From NCBI GenBank assembly GCA_018399995.1, contig JAGYMU010000003.1, positions 2,873 to 66,872 of the forward strand: a stretch of DNA of 64,000 nucleotides. Direction: 5' to 3'. The notes under the pieces were generated by a model that did no database searches, had not been told where the DNA came from, and saw only the letters and a list, made by a program, of their open reading frames with translations. A program made the position numbers and the translations under genes. Positions 1-8,004 of this stretch are shown here, one piece after another (the first letter of the stretch is position 1; every line of letters begins with the position of its first letter). The stretch is from Halanaerobiales bacterium (GTDB lineage: Bacteria; Bacillota; Halanaerobiia; Halanaerobiales; M55B127).

Positions 1-228
1 AAAATGGAAAAATCGATTAAAAAATAAAGCAAAGAACCAAATTGCATATATAATTATAATATCCTTATAGTTAATCTTATGTATCCATGCGAATTTATCA
101 GACATATTGTAATCACCTCTTATTATTTTCTTTATAAATTTTCAAAATCCTTCTTTATAATTCTCACTACAGCATATATAATGTATTATAATAATGAGTG
201 TTTTTATATAAAAGGGGATGGTAAAAAG

Positions 229-996
229 TTGCTCTATTCAATTATCTCTAATATAGTTGATCTTTTTATTGTTGGAGTAATTATATATTTTCTCCTTAAT
301 TTAATCAAAGGCACCCGGGCAGTTCAGTTAATCAAAGGCCTGGTTTTGATCTTCATTGCTTCTGTTGTGAGTCAGCTTTTAAACTTAAATACAGTTCACT
401 GGTTTTTACAAAGTGTATTAACAATGCTCATTGTAGCACTGCCTATAGTTTTTCACCCTGAATTGAGAAGGGCCTTAGAACAGCTGGGCAGAGGGGGATT
501 TTTTAGTAAACAATTGGTGCAGAAATGGTCAGTAAAAGGTATTAATGATATAATAATGGCAGCTGATGAGCTAGCTGAAAATAAAATTGGTGCACTGATT
601 GTATTTGAAAAGAAAGTGGGTCTGCGCACATATATTGAGACAGGTACAAAAATAGATTCTAAAATCAGCAAAGAGCTAATAAAGAATCTATTTTACAAGT
701 CTGCTCCCCTACATGATGGAGCAGTTATAGTAGGTGAAGGAAGGATTAAAGCAGCCGGATGTTTGCTGAATCTTTCCAATAAACCAAGTATCAATCCCAA
801 ACTGGGTACAAGACACAGGGCGGCGATTGGTATTACAGAAGAATCCGATGCTCTGGTAATTGTGGTATCAGAGGAAAGTGGCGTAATTTCACTCGCCCAG
901 GATGGAGAGCTGATTAGATATCTTGATAAGTCCAAATTAAGAGAAATTCTCTTTAAACAATTTATACCTCGCAAAACCAATGATTTCTTTTCCTAA
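229..996 (+). CDS. cdaA: Diadenylate cyclase CdaA (c-di-AMP synthase), three N-terminal TM helices plus DAC domain
   Basis: DAC-domain motifs are present (PLHDGAVIV, TRHRAAIGITEESDALVIVVSEESG). The N-terminus aligns to the CdaA membrane region (KGTRAVQLIKG, HPELRRALEQLGRG). The gene sits in cdaA-cdaR-glmM synteny. The ORF is open from 79, but an in-frame TTG at 229 follows an AAAGGGGATGG RBS; 79-228 looks like AT-rich promoter DNA. Confidence 0.9.
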   Translation: MLYSIISNIVDLFIVGVIIYFLLNLIKGTRAVQLIKGLVLIFIASVVSQLLNLNTVHWFLQSVLTMLIVALPIVFHPELRRALEQLGRGGFFSKQLVQKWSVKGINDIIMAADELAENKIGALIVFEKKVGLRTYIETGTKIDSKISKELIKNLFYKSAPLHDGAVIVGEGRIKAAGCLLNLSNKPSINPKLGTRHRAAIGITEESDALVIVVSEESGVISLAQDGELIRYLDKSKLREILFKQFIPRKTNDFFS

Positions 997-1009
997 AAAT
1001 GAGGGAGAC

Positions 1010-1402
1010 ATGATGAGAGATTTCTATAACAGATATAAAATATTAATAATAGCATTGATGATTGCTGCTGTTCTGTGGTTATATGTTAATTATCAGGAGG
1101 ATAATCTCAGGGAAAGTTTTGATTTGTCTACCAATCAGTTTGAACTAAATATTGAAGCTATTAATCTTGAAGATGATTTATATATAAAGGATATATCTGA
1201 TCAGTATGTATTAATAAAACTAAAGAGATATCGTTTTTTTAATACATACAGTCAAAACGATTTTAAAGCCTATATTGACCTAAGCGAGGTAAGAATTGGA
1301 GATAATATCAGAAAAATTCATATACAATTTCCGGAAGGGGTTGATATAGAAGAGCAAAAACCACTGTTTATAAGGGTTACTATAGAAAAGGATAAAAAAT
1401 AA
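1010..1402 (+). CDS. cdaR: YbbR-domain protein, short CdaR-like regulator of CdaA
   Basis: Lies between cdaA and glmM. It has one N-terminal TM helix (ILIIALMIAAVLWLYV) followed by a single beta-rich YbbR-like repeat. ATG at 1010 follows a GAGGGAG RBS. Confidence 0.6.
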   Translation: MMRDFYNRYKILIIALMIAAVLWLYVNYQEDNLRESFDLSTNQFELNIEAINLEDDLYIKDISDQYVLIKLKRYRFFNTYSQNDFKAYIDLSEVRIGDNIRKIHIQFPEGVDIEEQKPLFIRVTIEKDKK

Positions 1403-1473
1403 ATTCAAAATCAACTGTAAAGAATGATAAAATAAACACCAATTATAATAAGGGTACATTTGAGGTGAAATGG

Positions 1474-2820
1474 ATGGGCAAAATTTTTGGTACAGATGGA
1501 GTACGAGGTATTGCTAACAAAGAATTAACCCCGGAATTAGCTTTAAATTTAGGAAGAGCTGCAGGTAATTTTTTTAAAAAAAATTCCCGGGACAGGGGAA
1601 ATTTTTTTGTGTTAATAGCTAAAGATACCCGCATATCAGGTAGTATGTTAGAAGCTGCTTTAATTGCTGGTTTTAATTCTGTAGGGGTTGATACAGTCAA
1701 ACTGGATATATTAACAACTCCGGCCGTATCTTATCTGACTGATCATTGTAAAGCAAGTGGGGGAGTGATGATATCTGCCTCTCATAACCCAGTTGAAGAT
1801 AATGGGATTAAGTTTTTTAATCATAAAGGATATAAACTAACAGACAAACAGGAGTTGGAAATTGAAGAATATATTTTTGGTAAAAAAGAAATAGATATTC
1901 CCGTGGGGGTAGCTGTAGGCAACACCATAAAAAATAATGAATTGATTAGACAATACAGGCAACATTTGCTTAAGACTGTTGCGGACGATTTAACTAATTT
2001 TAAAATTATCTTAGATTGTGCTAATGGTGCCGCCTATGATATTGCTCCCCAAATTTTTAGAAAACTAGGAGCAGATGTAATTGCTTTAAACGATCAATCG
2101 AATGGGAATGCAATAAATCAAAACTGCGGATCAACTAACCCAGAAATGGTGCTTAGCCAGGTAAAAAAGCATGGGGCAGATTTCGGCATTGCCTATGATG
2201 GTGACGCAGATCGTCTAATTATGGTCGATGAAAGAGCTAATATTATTGATGGCGATCAAATAATGGCACTACTTGCACTCAATATGAAAAAGGAAGGCAA
2301 ATTGAATAAAAATGCATTAGTTACCACCCGATACAGTAATCTCGGCCTGCAAGAGCTATTAGCAAAACATGAAATCAAAGTAAAAAAGTGCAAAAATGGT
2401 GACCGCTATGTATTACAAAAAATGCTTGAAGGAAAATATAATCTGGGTGGTGAGAAATCCGGGCATATAATTATGCTGGATTATAACAAAACAGGTGATG
2501 GAGTTTTGACATCTTTGAAAGTGGCCCATTATCTCAAAAAGTATGATCTTAAATTGAGTTATATAGGGGATTTATTTGAAGCCTGGCCTCAGGAGTTAAT
2601 CAATGTTGCTGTAAAAAATAAAGAAAAATTAACTCAAAATGAACCTATTAATAAGTTAATAAAAAGAATAGAAAGTGATTATGGTAAAGAGGGCAGAATA
2701 TTTGTGAGGGCTTCCGGAACTGAGCCCATAATCAGAATTATGATGGAAGCAAAAGATGAGGAAATGATTAAGAAATGGGCAAAAAGGATAAAAGAAAAAG
2801 TTAAAGGAGAATTAAACTAA
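1474..2820 (+). CDS. glmM: Phosphoglucosamine mutase
   Basis: N-terminus GKIFGTDGVRG. Active-site phosphoserine loop ISASHNPVEDNGIKFF. Metal loop AYDGDADRL. ATG at 1474 follows a GAGGTGA RBS; the ORF is open from a GTG at 1465. Confidence 0.93.
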   Translation: MGKIFGTDGVRGIANKELTPELALNLGRAAGNFFKKNSRDRGNFFVLIAKDTRISGSMLEAALIAGFNSVGVDTVKLDILTTPAVSYLTDHCKASGGVMISASHNPVEDNGIKFFNHKGYKLTDKQELEIEEYIFGKKEIDIPVGVAVGNTIKNNELIRQYRQHLLKTVADDLTNFKIILDCANGAAYDIAPQIFRKLGADVIALNDQSNGNAINQNCGSTNPEMVLSQVKKHGADFGIAYDGDADRLIMVDERANIIDGDQIMALLALNMKKEGKLNKNALVTTRYSNLGLQELLAKHEIKVKKCKNGDRYVLQKMLEGKYNLGGEKSGHIIMLDYNKTGDGVLTSLKVAHYLKKYDLKLSYIGDLFEAWPQELINVAVKNKEKLTQNEPINKLIKRIESDYGKEGRIFVRASGTEPIIRIMMEAKDEEMIKKWAKRIKEKVKGELN

Positions 2821-2848
2821 GCAAGGAGGTGGAAAATAAATAAAAATT

Positions 2849-2997
2849 AAAGCGCCCGGACTCTAGTTGAGAGTTGACGAGGAGGGAATTAATCGATTAT
2901 CGGCGGATTTTCCCAGGCATTTATCGGTATTAGGCCTTAACTGACTGGACAAAACCTGTGAGTAATCACAGGGACAAGATTAGTCAGAAATACTAAT
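2849..2997 (+). ncRNA. glmS ribozyme: glmS ribozyme (GlcN6P-dependent self-cleaving riboswitch)
   Basis: The conserved core is readable: AAAGCGCCCGGACU ... UUGACGAGGAGGGAAUUAAUCGAUUAUCGGCGGAUUUUCCC, then the peripheral P3/P4 helices CCUGUGAGUAAUCACAGG and CUGACUGG..UUAGUCAG. It lies directly 5' of glmS. Confidence 0.85.
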
Positions 2998-3033
2998 TGT
3001 ATAAATAGAATTATAGATAATGGAGGTTATTTT

Positions 3034-4860
3034 ATGTGTGGAATTGTAGGTTATGTTGGTAATAAAAAGGCAGCATCAATTCTATATAATGGATTGAAGC
3101 GTCTTGAATATAGAGGTTATGATTCATCAGGTATTGCCGTTAATGATGGTTTGCATATAGATGTTGTGAAGAGAAAGGGAAAACTCAAAGACTTAAAAAA
3201 TGAGATAAAAAATGACATGAATGGTGGGACTATAGGAATTGGACACACTAGATGGGCAACTCATGGACAGCCTTCTGATATAAATTCACATCCTCACAGT
3301 AACTGTAAGGACAACTTTGTGATTGTTCATAATGGGATAATTGAGAATTTTAGACAGATCAAAGATCATCTCATCAAAAAGGGCCATCACTTTAAATCAG
3401 AAACCGACACTGAAGTTATTGCACATCTATTGGAAGAAAATAATCAAGGTAATATTTTACAGGCACTGAAAAAAACTGCAGAACAGCTGAAAGGTTCATA
3501 TGCCATGACAATTTTAGCAGCTGATGAACCCAATCGTATTTATGCTGCTAGAAAAGACAGCCCTTTAATCATCGGTCTCGGAGAAAATGAAAATTATATT
3601 GCCTCCGATATACCGGCTTTTTTGGGTGAAACCAGAGACTTTTATATTTTAGAAGATAATGAATTTGCCGTAATTAAAAAAGATAAAGTTGATATTTATA
3701 ACAATAATTTAGAACAGATAGATAAAAAGACACACCGGATAGATTGGGATCCTGAGATGGCTGAAAAACAGGGATATGAACACTATATGTTAAAAGAAAT
3801 TCACGAACAACCGGATGCTGTTCGACGTTTGATGGCACATCGAGTTAGCCAGACTGGGATTAATTTAGAAGAACTAAAATTAGATCAGGATTTTTTAAAA
3901 AGGTTGAACAAAATTCATATTATAGCCTGCGGTACTGCTTATCACTCTGCTTTACTGGGCAAATATATGCTGGAAGATTTAGTTGATCTCAAGGTAGAAA
4001 CAGATGTGGCATCAGAATACAGATATAGAAAGGTTCCCATCGAAAAAGATGATTTAGTCATTGCAGTCAGCCAATCTGGAGAAACCTCAGATACTCTAGC
4101 CAGCTTAAGAATGGCTAAAGAAAAGGGAGCTCAGATTTTAGTTTTCACAAATACCAGGGGCAGCAGTATAGCAAGAGAAGCAGACCATTTAATGTTATTG
4201 AAAGCAGGTCCAGAAATTTCAGTGGCTTCTACAAAAGCTTATCTAAATATGATTGTTGCATTTTATATTTTCAGTATATTTCTTGCTTACCAAAAGGCCA
4301 AAATAAGCCTAGAAGAATATAAAAAATTGTCTACTGATTTAATCAAATTACCTGAGCTTATAGAAGAAATAATTGAAGATAGCGGGGAATTGATAAAAAA
4401 AAGAGCTAAAAAGTATGCAGAGAGTAAAAGTGCTTTCTTTATTGGTCGTCATACCGATTATCCTTTGGCCATGGAGGGAGCTTTAAAGCTGAAGGAAATC
4501 TCATATATTCATTCTGAAGCTTATCCGGCCGGAGAATTAAAACACGGGGCTTTAGCTTTAATAGAAAAAGGAGTACCGGTGGTAGCGGTAGCTGTACGAA
4601 AAGATATATTTGAGAAGACCTTAAGTAATATAACTGAGGTAGAGGCCAGACAGGCTGATGTAACTGTAGTTGTCTGTAAAGGAGCACAAGAAATAGAAGA
4701 TATAGTGGATCATGTTATTTATATACCTGATGTTAATCAGTTATTTGCGGGGGCTCTTGCTATTATTCCTCTGCAGCTTTTAGCTTATTATACAGCCTTG
4801 TTAAAAGACTGTGATATTGATCAACCAAGGAACCTTGCTAAAAGTGTAACAGTTGAGTAA
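3034..4860 (+). CDS. glmS: Glutamine--fructose-6-phosphate aminotransferase
   Basis: MCGIVGY N-terminal nucleophile, two SIS domains (SQSGETSDT), and the conserved C-terminus PRNLAKSVTVE. Confidence 0.97.
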   Translation: MCGIVGYVGNKKAASILYNGLKRLEYRGYDSSGIAVNDGLHIDVVKRKGKLKDLKNEIKNDMNGGTIGIGHTRWATHGQPSDINSHPHSNCKDNFVIVHNGIIENFRQIKDHLIKKGHHFKSETDTEVIAHLLEENNQGNILQALKKTAEQLKGSYAMTILAADEPNRIYAARKDSPLIIGLGENENYIASDIPAFLGETRDFYILEDNEFAVIKKDKVDIYNNNLEQIDKKTHRIDWDPEMAEKQGYEHYMLKEIHEQPDAVRRLMAHRVSQTGINLEELKLDQDFLKRLNKIHIIACGTAYHSALLGKYMLEDLVDLKVETDVASEYRYRKVPIEKDDLVIAVSQSGETSDTLASLRMAKEKGAQILVFTNTRGSSIAREADHLMLLKAGPEISVASTKAYLNMIVAFYIFSIFLAYQKAKISLEEYKKLSTDLIKLPELIEEIIEDSGELIKKRAKKYAESKSAFFIGRHTDYPLAMEGALKLKEISYIHSEAYPAGELKHGALALIEKGVPVVAVAVRKDIFEKTLSNITEVEARQADVTVVVCKGAQEIEDIVDHVIYIPDVNQLFAGALAIIPLQLLAYYTALLKDCDIDQPRNLAKSVTVE

Positions 4861-4872
4861 ATAAAAAATAAG

Positions 4873-4900
4873 CAGGGGGATTATCTCCCCCTGTTACTTT
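4873..4900 (+). terminator. Rho-independent terminator after glmS
   Basis: CAGGGGGA-ttatc-TCCCCCTG, an 8-bp GC-rich stem followed by a weak T-rich tail. Confidence 0.6.
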
Positions 4901-4982
4901 CCCTTAACTATTTTTGACAGCTGACTTTAAAGTTTTATTTTCATTTTTTTTAACAAATATTTTCAAAGGGGTAATTTCTGAT

Positions 4983-5432
4983 ATGACCACAGAAAACAGA
5001 CAATCAGATTTGATTAATTCAAAAAATGAAACTGAACGAGTAATTGGTTTAGGTATCGATATATTAGAAGTAGCCAGAATTGAAAATATAATTAAAAAAG
5101 GTGACAATAATTTTATTAATAGGGTATTTACACCTGGTGAAATAGAGTACTGTGAGAGCAAAAAAGAGTCTGCTGAATCATTTGCAGTTAGATTTAGTGC
5201 GAAAGAGGCCTTTATAAAGGCAGTTGAAAGTGATTATAATATTCCCTACAGAGATATTGAAGTGATCAAAAAAGAATCAAAAAAGCCAGCCATAGTTTTA
5301 TCTGGTGTGGCCCAAAAAGCGGCTGAAGAAAAAAATGTTTCAGAAATAATGCTCTCCTTAAGTCATGAAAAAAATTATGTTGTTGCTAACATCATTTTAA
5401 AGGGGGGAAAAAATGATAGTATTAAGTCCTGA
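4983..5432 (+). CDS. acpS: Holo-[acyl-carrier-protein] synthase
   Basis: IGLGIDILEVARIE, RFSAKEAFIKA and SLSHEKNYVVA motifs match 4'-phosphopantetheinyl transferase AcpS. The ORF is open from 4914, but ATG 4983 gives a more typical length. Confidence 0.85.
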   Translation: MTTENRQSDLINSKNETERVIGLGIDILEVARIENIIKKGDNNFINRVFTPGEIEYCESKKESAESFAVRFSAKEAFIKAVESDYNIPYRDIEVIKKESKKPAIVLSGVAQKAAEEKNVSEIMLSLSHEKNYVVANIILKGGKNDSIKS

Positions 5433-6927
5433 TGAAATGGCTAGTTTGGATAAAAAAATAATAAATAAGGGTTTTCCATCTCTTTTGTTGATGGAAACAG
5501 CGGGTAGAAGAACAGCTGAAATAATAAAGGGGAAATACAGCAGAGAAGAAAAAATATTAATATTATCCGGACCTGGCAATAATGGAGGAGATGGTCTGGT
5601 TATTGGTAGAATACTTGATATATGGGATTATGATGTTAAAATAATAGTAGTAGGAAAGTCGGATAAATTAAATGATGATCCTAGAAAAAATTTTAAAATA
5701 TGTCAACTAAGGAATATGAAGATTGAATTTTTACCGGCTGATATTGATTTATTAGATCTTAAAAATAATATTTTAGAATATGATGTGATAGTCGATAGTT
5801 TATTAGGCAATGGCTTAACGGGACAGCTAAGAGAACCATATTTACAAATTGTCAAAATGATCAATACTAGTGGAAAAAATGTTTTATCTGTTGATATACC
5901 AACAGGGGTTAATGGTAGTAATGGCAAGATCATGGGGGAGGCTGTCAGAGCAGAAACAACTGTAACAATGGCCTACAGCAAAGTTGGTCAGTTTGTCTAT
6001 CCCGGGCGAGAATATATAGGTGAATTAATAATAATAGATCTCGGGTTTCCTAAGAATTTGGTTAATTTTAATAAGTATAAGCATCATACTTTAAGATCAA
6101 ATGAGGCGAAAAAGCTATTACCTAAAAGAGAGGTGACCGGTCATAAGGGAACTTTTGGTAAAGTACTTATCCTGGGAGGTTCTTTGGGATATGAAGGTGC
6201 TCCTGCTTTAACAGGCAAAAGTGCTTTAAAGATGGGGTCTGGCCTGGTCAAGATCCTGGCTCCTGTTGATGTATATCAAACGGTCAGTTGTTATTGTGAA
6301 GAGATAACCGGTGGCTACCTTACTATAAAAAAGTTTGAAGAGGCTGTTAAAGATTTTAATGTAGTTGCATTGGGTCCAGGTTTGGGAGTGGGAGATTTCC
6401 AAAGAGAATTAGTTAATACGGTACTTAAAAAGGCTTCAATTCCTATAGTTATTGATGCAGATGGTATAAATAATCTTGATTTAGAAATATTAAAAGAAGC
6501 TGATAACCAGATTGTATTAACTCCACATCCAGGTGAATTTTCAAATCTAATAAATGAACCAATCCCTGATATTGAGGCTAATAGAATTAAATATGTAAGG
6601 GATTTCGCTATTCAATATGGAGTCAATATAGTGTTAAAGGGTGCCAGTTCACTAATTTCAGATCGAGAGGGAAATGTATATATTAACACAACAGGTAATA
6701 ATGGTCTGGCGACTGCTGGCAGTGGTGATGTTTTAACAGGCATAATCAGTTCATTGAGTGGACAAAAACTTAACATATATAAAAGTTCAGTCTTAGGAAC
6801 TTATATACATGGATTAGCTGGAGATTTAGCTGAGCAAAAACTTGGTTCTTATTCACTGATAGCTGAAGATATTATAGAAAACATTGCTCCTGCTATTTCA
6901 AAAATTTTACGGGGGTGTAAAGAATGA
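5413..6927 (+). CDS. nnr: Bifunctional NAD(P)H-hydrate repair enzyme (YjeF_N epimerase plus ADP-dependent dehydratase)
   Basis: N-terminal GPGNNGGDG motif and C-terminal carbohydrate-kinase fold (HKGTFGKVLILGGS, GLATAGSGDVLTG). Confidence 0.9.
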   Translation: MIVLSPDEMASLDKKIINKGFPSLLLMETAGRRTAEIIKGKYSREEKILILSGPGNNGGDGLVIGRILDIWDYDVKIIVVGKSDKLNDDPRKNFKICQLRNMKIEFLPADIDLLDLKNNILEYDVIVDSLLGNGLTGQLREPYLQIVKMINTSGKNVLSVDIPTGVNGSNGKIMGEAVRAETTVTMAYSKVGQFVYPGREYIGELIIIDLGFPKNLVNFNKYKHHTLRSNEAKKLLPKREVTGHKGTFGKVLILGGSLGYEGAPALTGKSALKMGSGLVKILAPVDVYQTVSCYCEEITGGYLTIKKFEEAVKDFNVVALGPGLGVGDFQRELVNTVLKKASIPIVIDADGINNLDLEILKEADNQIVLTPHPGEFSNLINEPIPDIEANRIKYVRDFAIQYGVNIVLKGASSLISDREGNVYINTTGNNGLATAGSGDVLTGIISSLSGQKLNIYKSSVLGTYIHGLAGDLAEQKLGSYSLIAEDIIENIAPAISKILRGCKE

Positions 6928-7379
6928 TTACTGCTAAAGATATTATGACAACTAATGTAATTACAGTAGATCCTGATACAAGTGTAAAGGAAGCGGCTAA
7001 TTTGATGAGTGAACATAAAATAAGTGGATTACCAGTTGTTAAAGACAACCAACTTGTGGGGATAGTTACTGAAAATGATCTAATCATCAAAGATAAAAAA
7101 CTTCATTTTCCAGAGTATATAAATGTCATAGGTGGTATTATCTATTTGGAAAGTTATAAGAAGTTTAAAGAAGAATTCAAAAAATTTGCAGCTGTAAAGG
7201 TCAAGGAACTTATGACGGAAGATGTTATCACGATTAAGCCCAATCAATCAATAGAAAATATGGCTACAATAATGCATCAAAAGGATATAAACAGGCTGCC
7301 GGTTGTGGATAACGAGGGTGAGTTAATCGGGATTGTTACCAGAGGCAATATTGTAAAGCATATTGCCATTGAAGATTAA
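6924..7379 (+). CDS. CBS-domain pair protein
   Basis: Two CBS repeats (ISGLPVV..LVGIVTENDL and INRLPVVDNEGELIGIVTRGNI). Confidence 0.85.
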   Translation: MITAKDIMTTNVITVDPDTSVKEAANLMSEHKISGLPVVKDNQLVGIVTENDLIIKDKKLHFPEYINVIGGIIYLESYKKFKEEFKKFAAVKVKELMTEDVITIKPNQSIENMATIMHQKDINRLPVVDNEGELIGIVTRGNIVKHIAIED

Positions 7380-7405
7380 TTTAAGACAGGGAGTAGATTT
7401 AAGCG

Positions 7406-7948
7406 ATGATTATATCTGATAAAACAATCAAAGATTTAATTAAAAAAGGGGAACTAATCATAGAACCCTTTGAAGATTATTTAATACAGCCTGCTTCAGT
7501 AGATTTAAGGCTGGGTACTCAGTATTTAAAAATTGATGAAAATCAAGTAGAAATCATGACCCTAAATGATAAAATAAATTATAATAAGATAGAAAGTTCT
7601 GAGATTGTAATTCCTCCCCACTCTTTTTTGCTGGCAACCACAGAGGAATACATTAGACTTCCTGAAAATCTAACCGCCTTTGTGGAAGGCAGGAGTTCAA
7701 TTGGTAGGATGGGCTTATTTATTCAAAATGCAGGTTGGGTTGACCCCGGTTTTGCAGGGAAGATTACTTTAGAATTATATAATGCAAACCGTTTGCCCAT
7801 TAAATTGAAAGCGGGACGCAGAATATGTCAATTAGTTATAGCTAAAATGGACCAAAAAGCAGAGTTTCCCTATCAGGGGAAATACCAGGGACAAAATACA
7901 GCGATTGGTAGTAAAGTGTATGAAGATAAAGAGAATATTGAAAAATAA
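7406..7948 (+). CDS. dcd: dCTP deaminase
   Basis: IQPASVDLRLG, EGRSSIGRMGL, DPGFAGKITLEL motifs. Confidence 0.92.
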   Translation: MIISDKTIKDLIKKGELIIEPFEDYLIQPASVDLRLGTQYLKIDENQVEIMTLNDKINYNKIESSEIVIPPHSFLLATTEEYIRLPENLTAFVEGRSSIGRMGLFIQNAGWVDPGFAGKITLELYNANRLPIKLKAGRRICQLVIAKMDQKAEFPYQGKYQGQNTAIGSKVYEDKENIEK

Positions 7949-8004
7949 TGTTTGCATAAGATTCAAGAAAAACACAGTAAACAATAAAACTAGGAGGTGT
8001 TAAT

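Noticed and set aside
79-228. N-terminal extension of the cdaA ORF (start at 79 or 181). Similar 5' extensions occur at 4914..4982 (acpS), 13761..13814, 28108..28137 (guaA), 29630..29692, 31056..31088, 35860..35931, 55300..55383 and 58273..58302.
   Set aside because: The extensions lack RBSs, overlap upstream genes or terminators, or encode non-homologous low-complexity residues. Internal starts with good Shine-Dalgarno sequences match the family N-termini better.
453-980. Minus-strand ORFs 453..671 and 693..980, antisense to cdaA. The same class includes 1443..1700, 4439..4687, 4904..5161, 5397..5579, 5703..5933, 6893..7090, 7842..8120 and 12282..12545.
   Set aside because: They lie entirely inside well-supported plus-strand genes. 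They have low-complexity, Ser/Leu/Ile-rich translations typical of shadow frames in AT-rich DNA, with no RBS or recognisable motifs.
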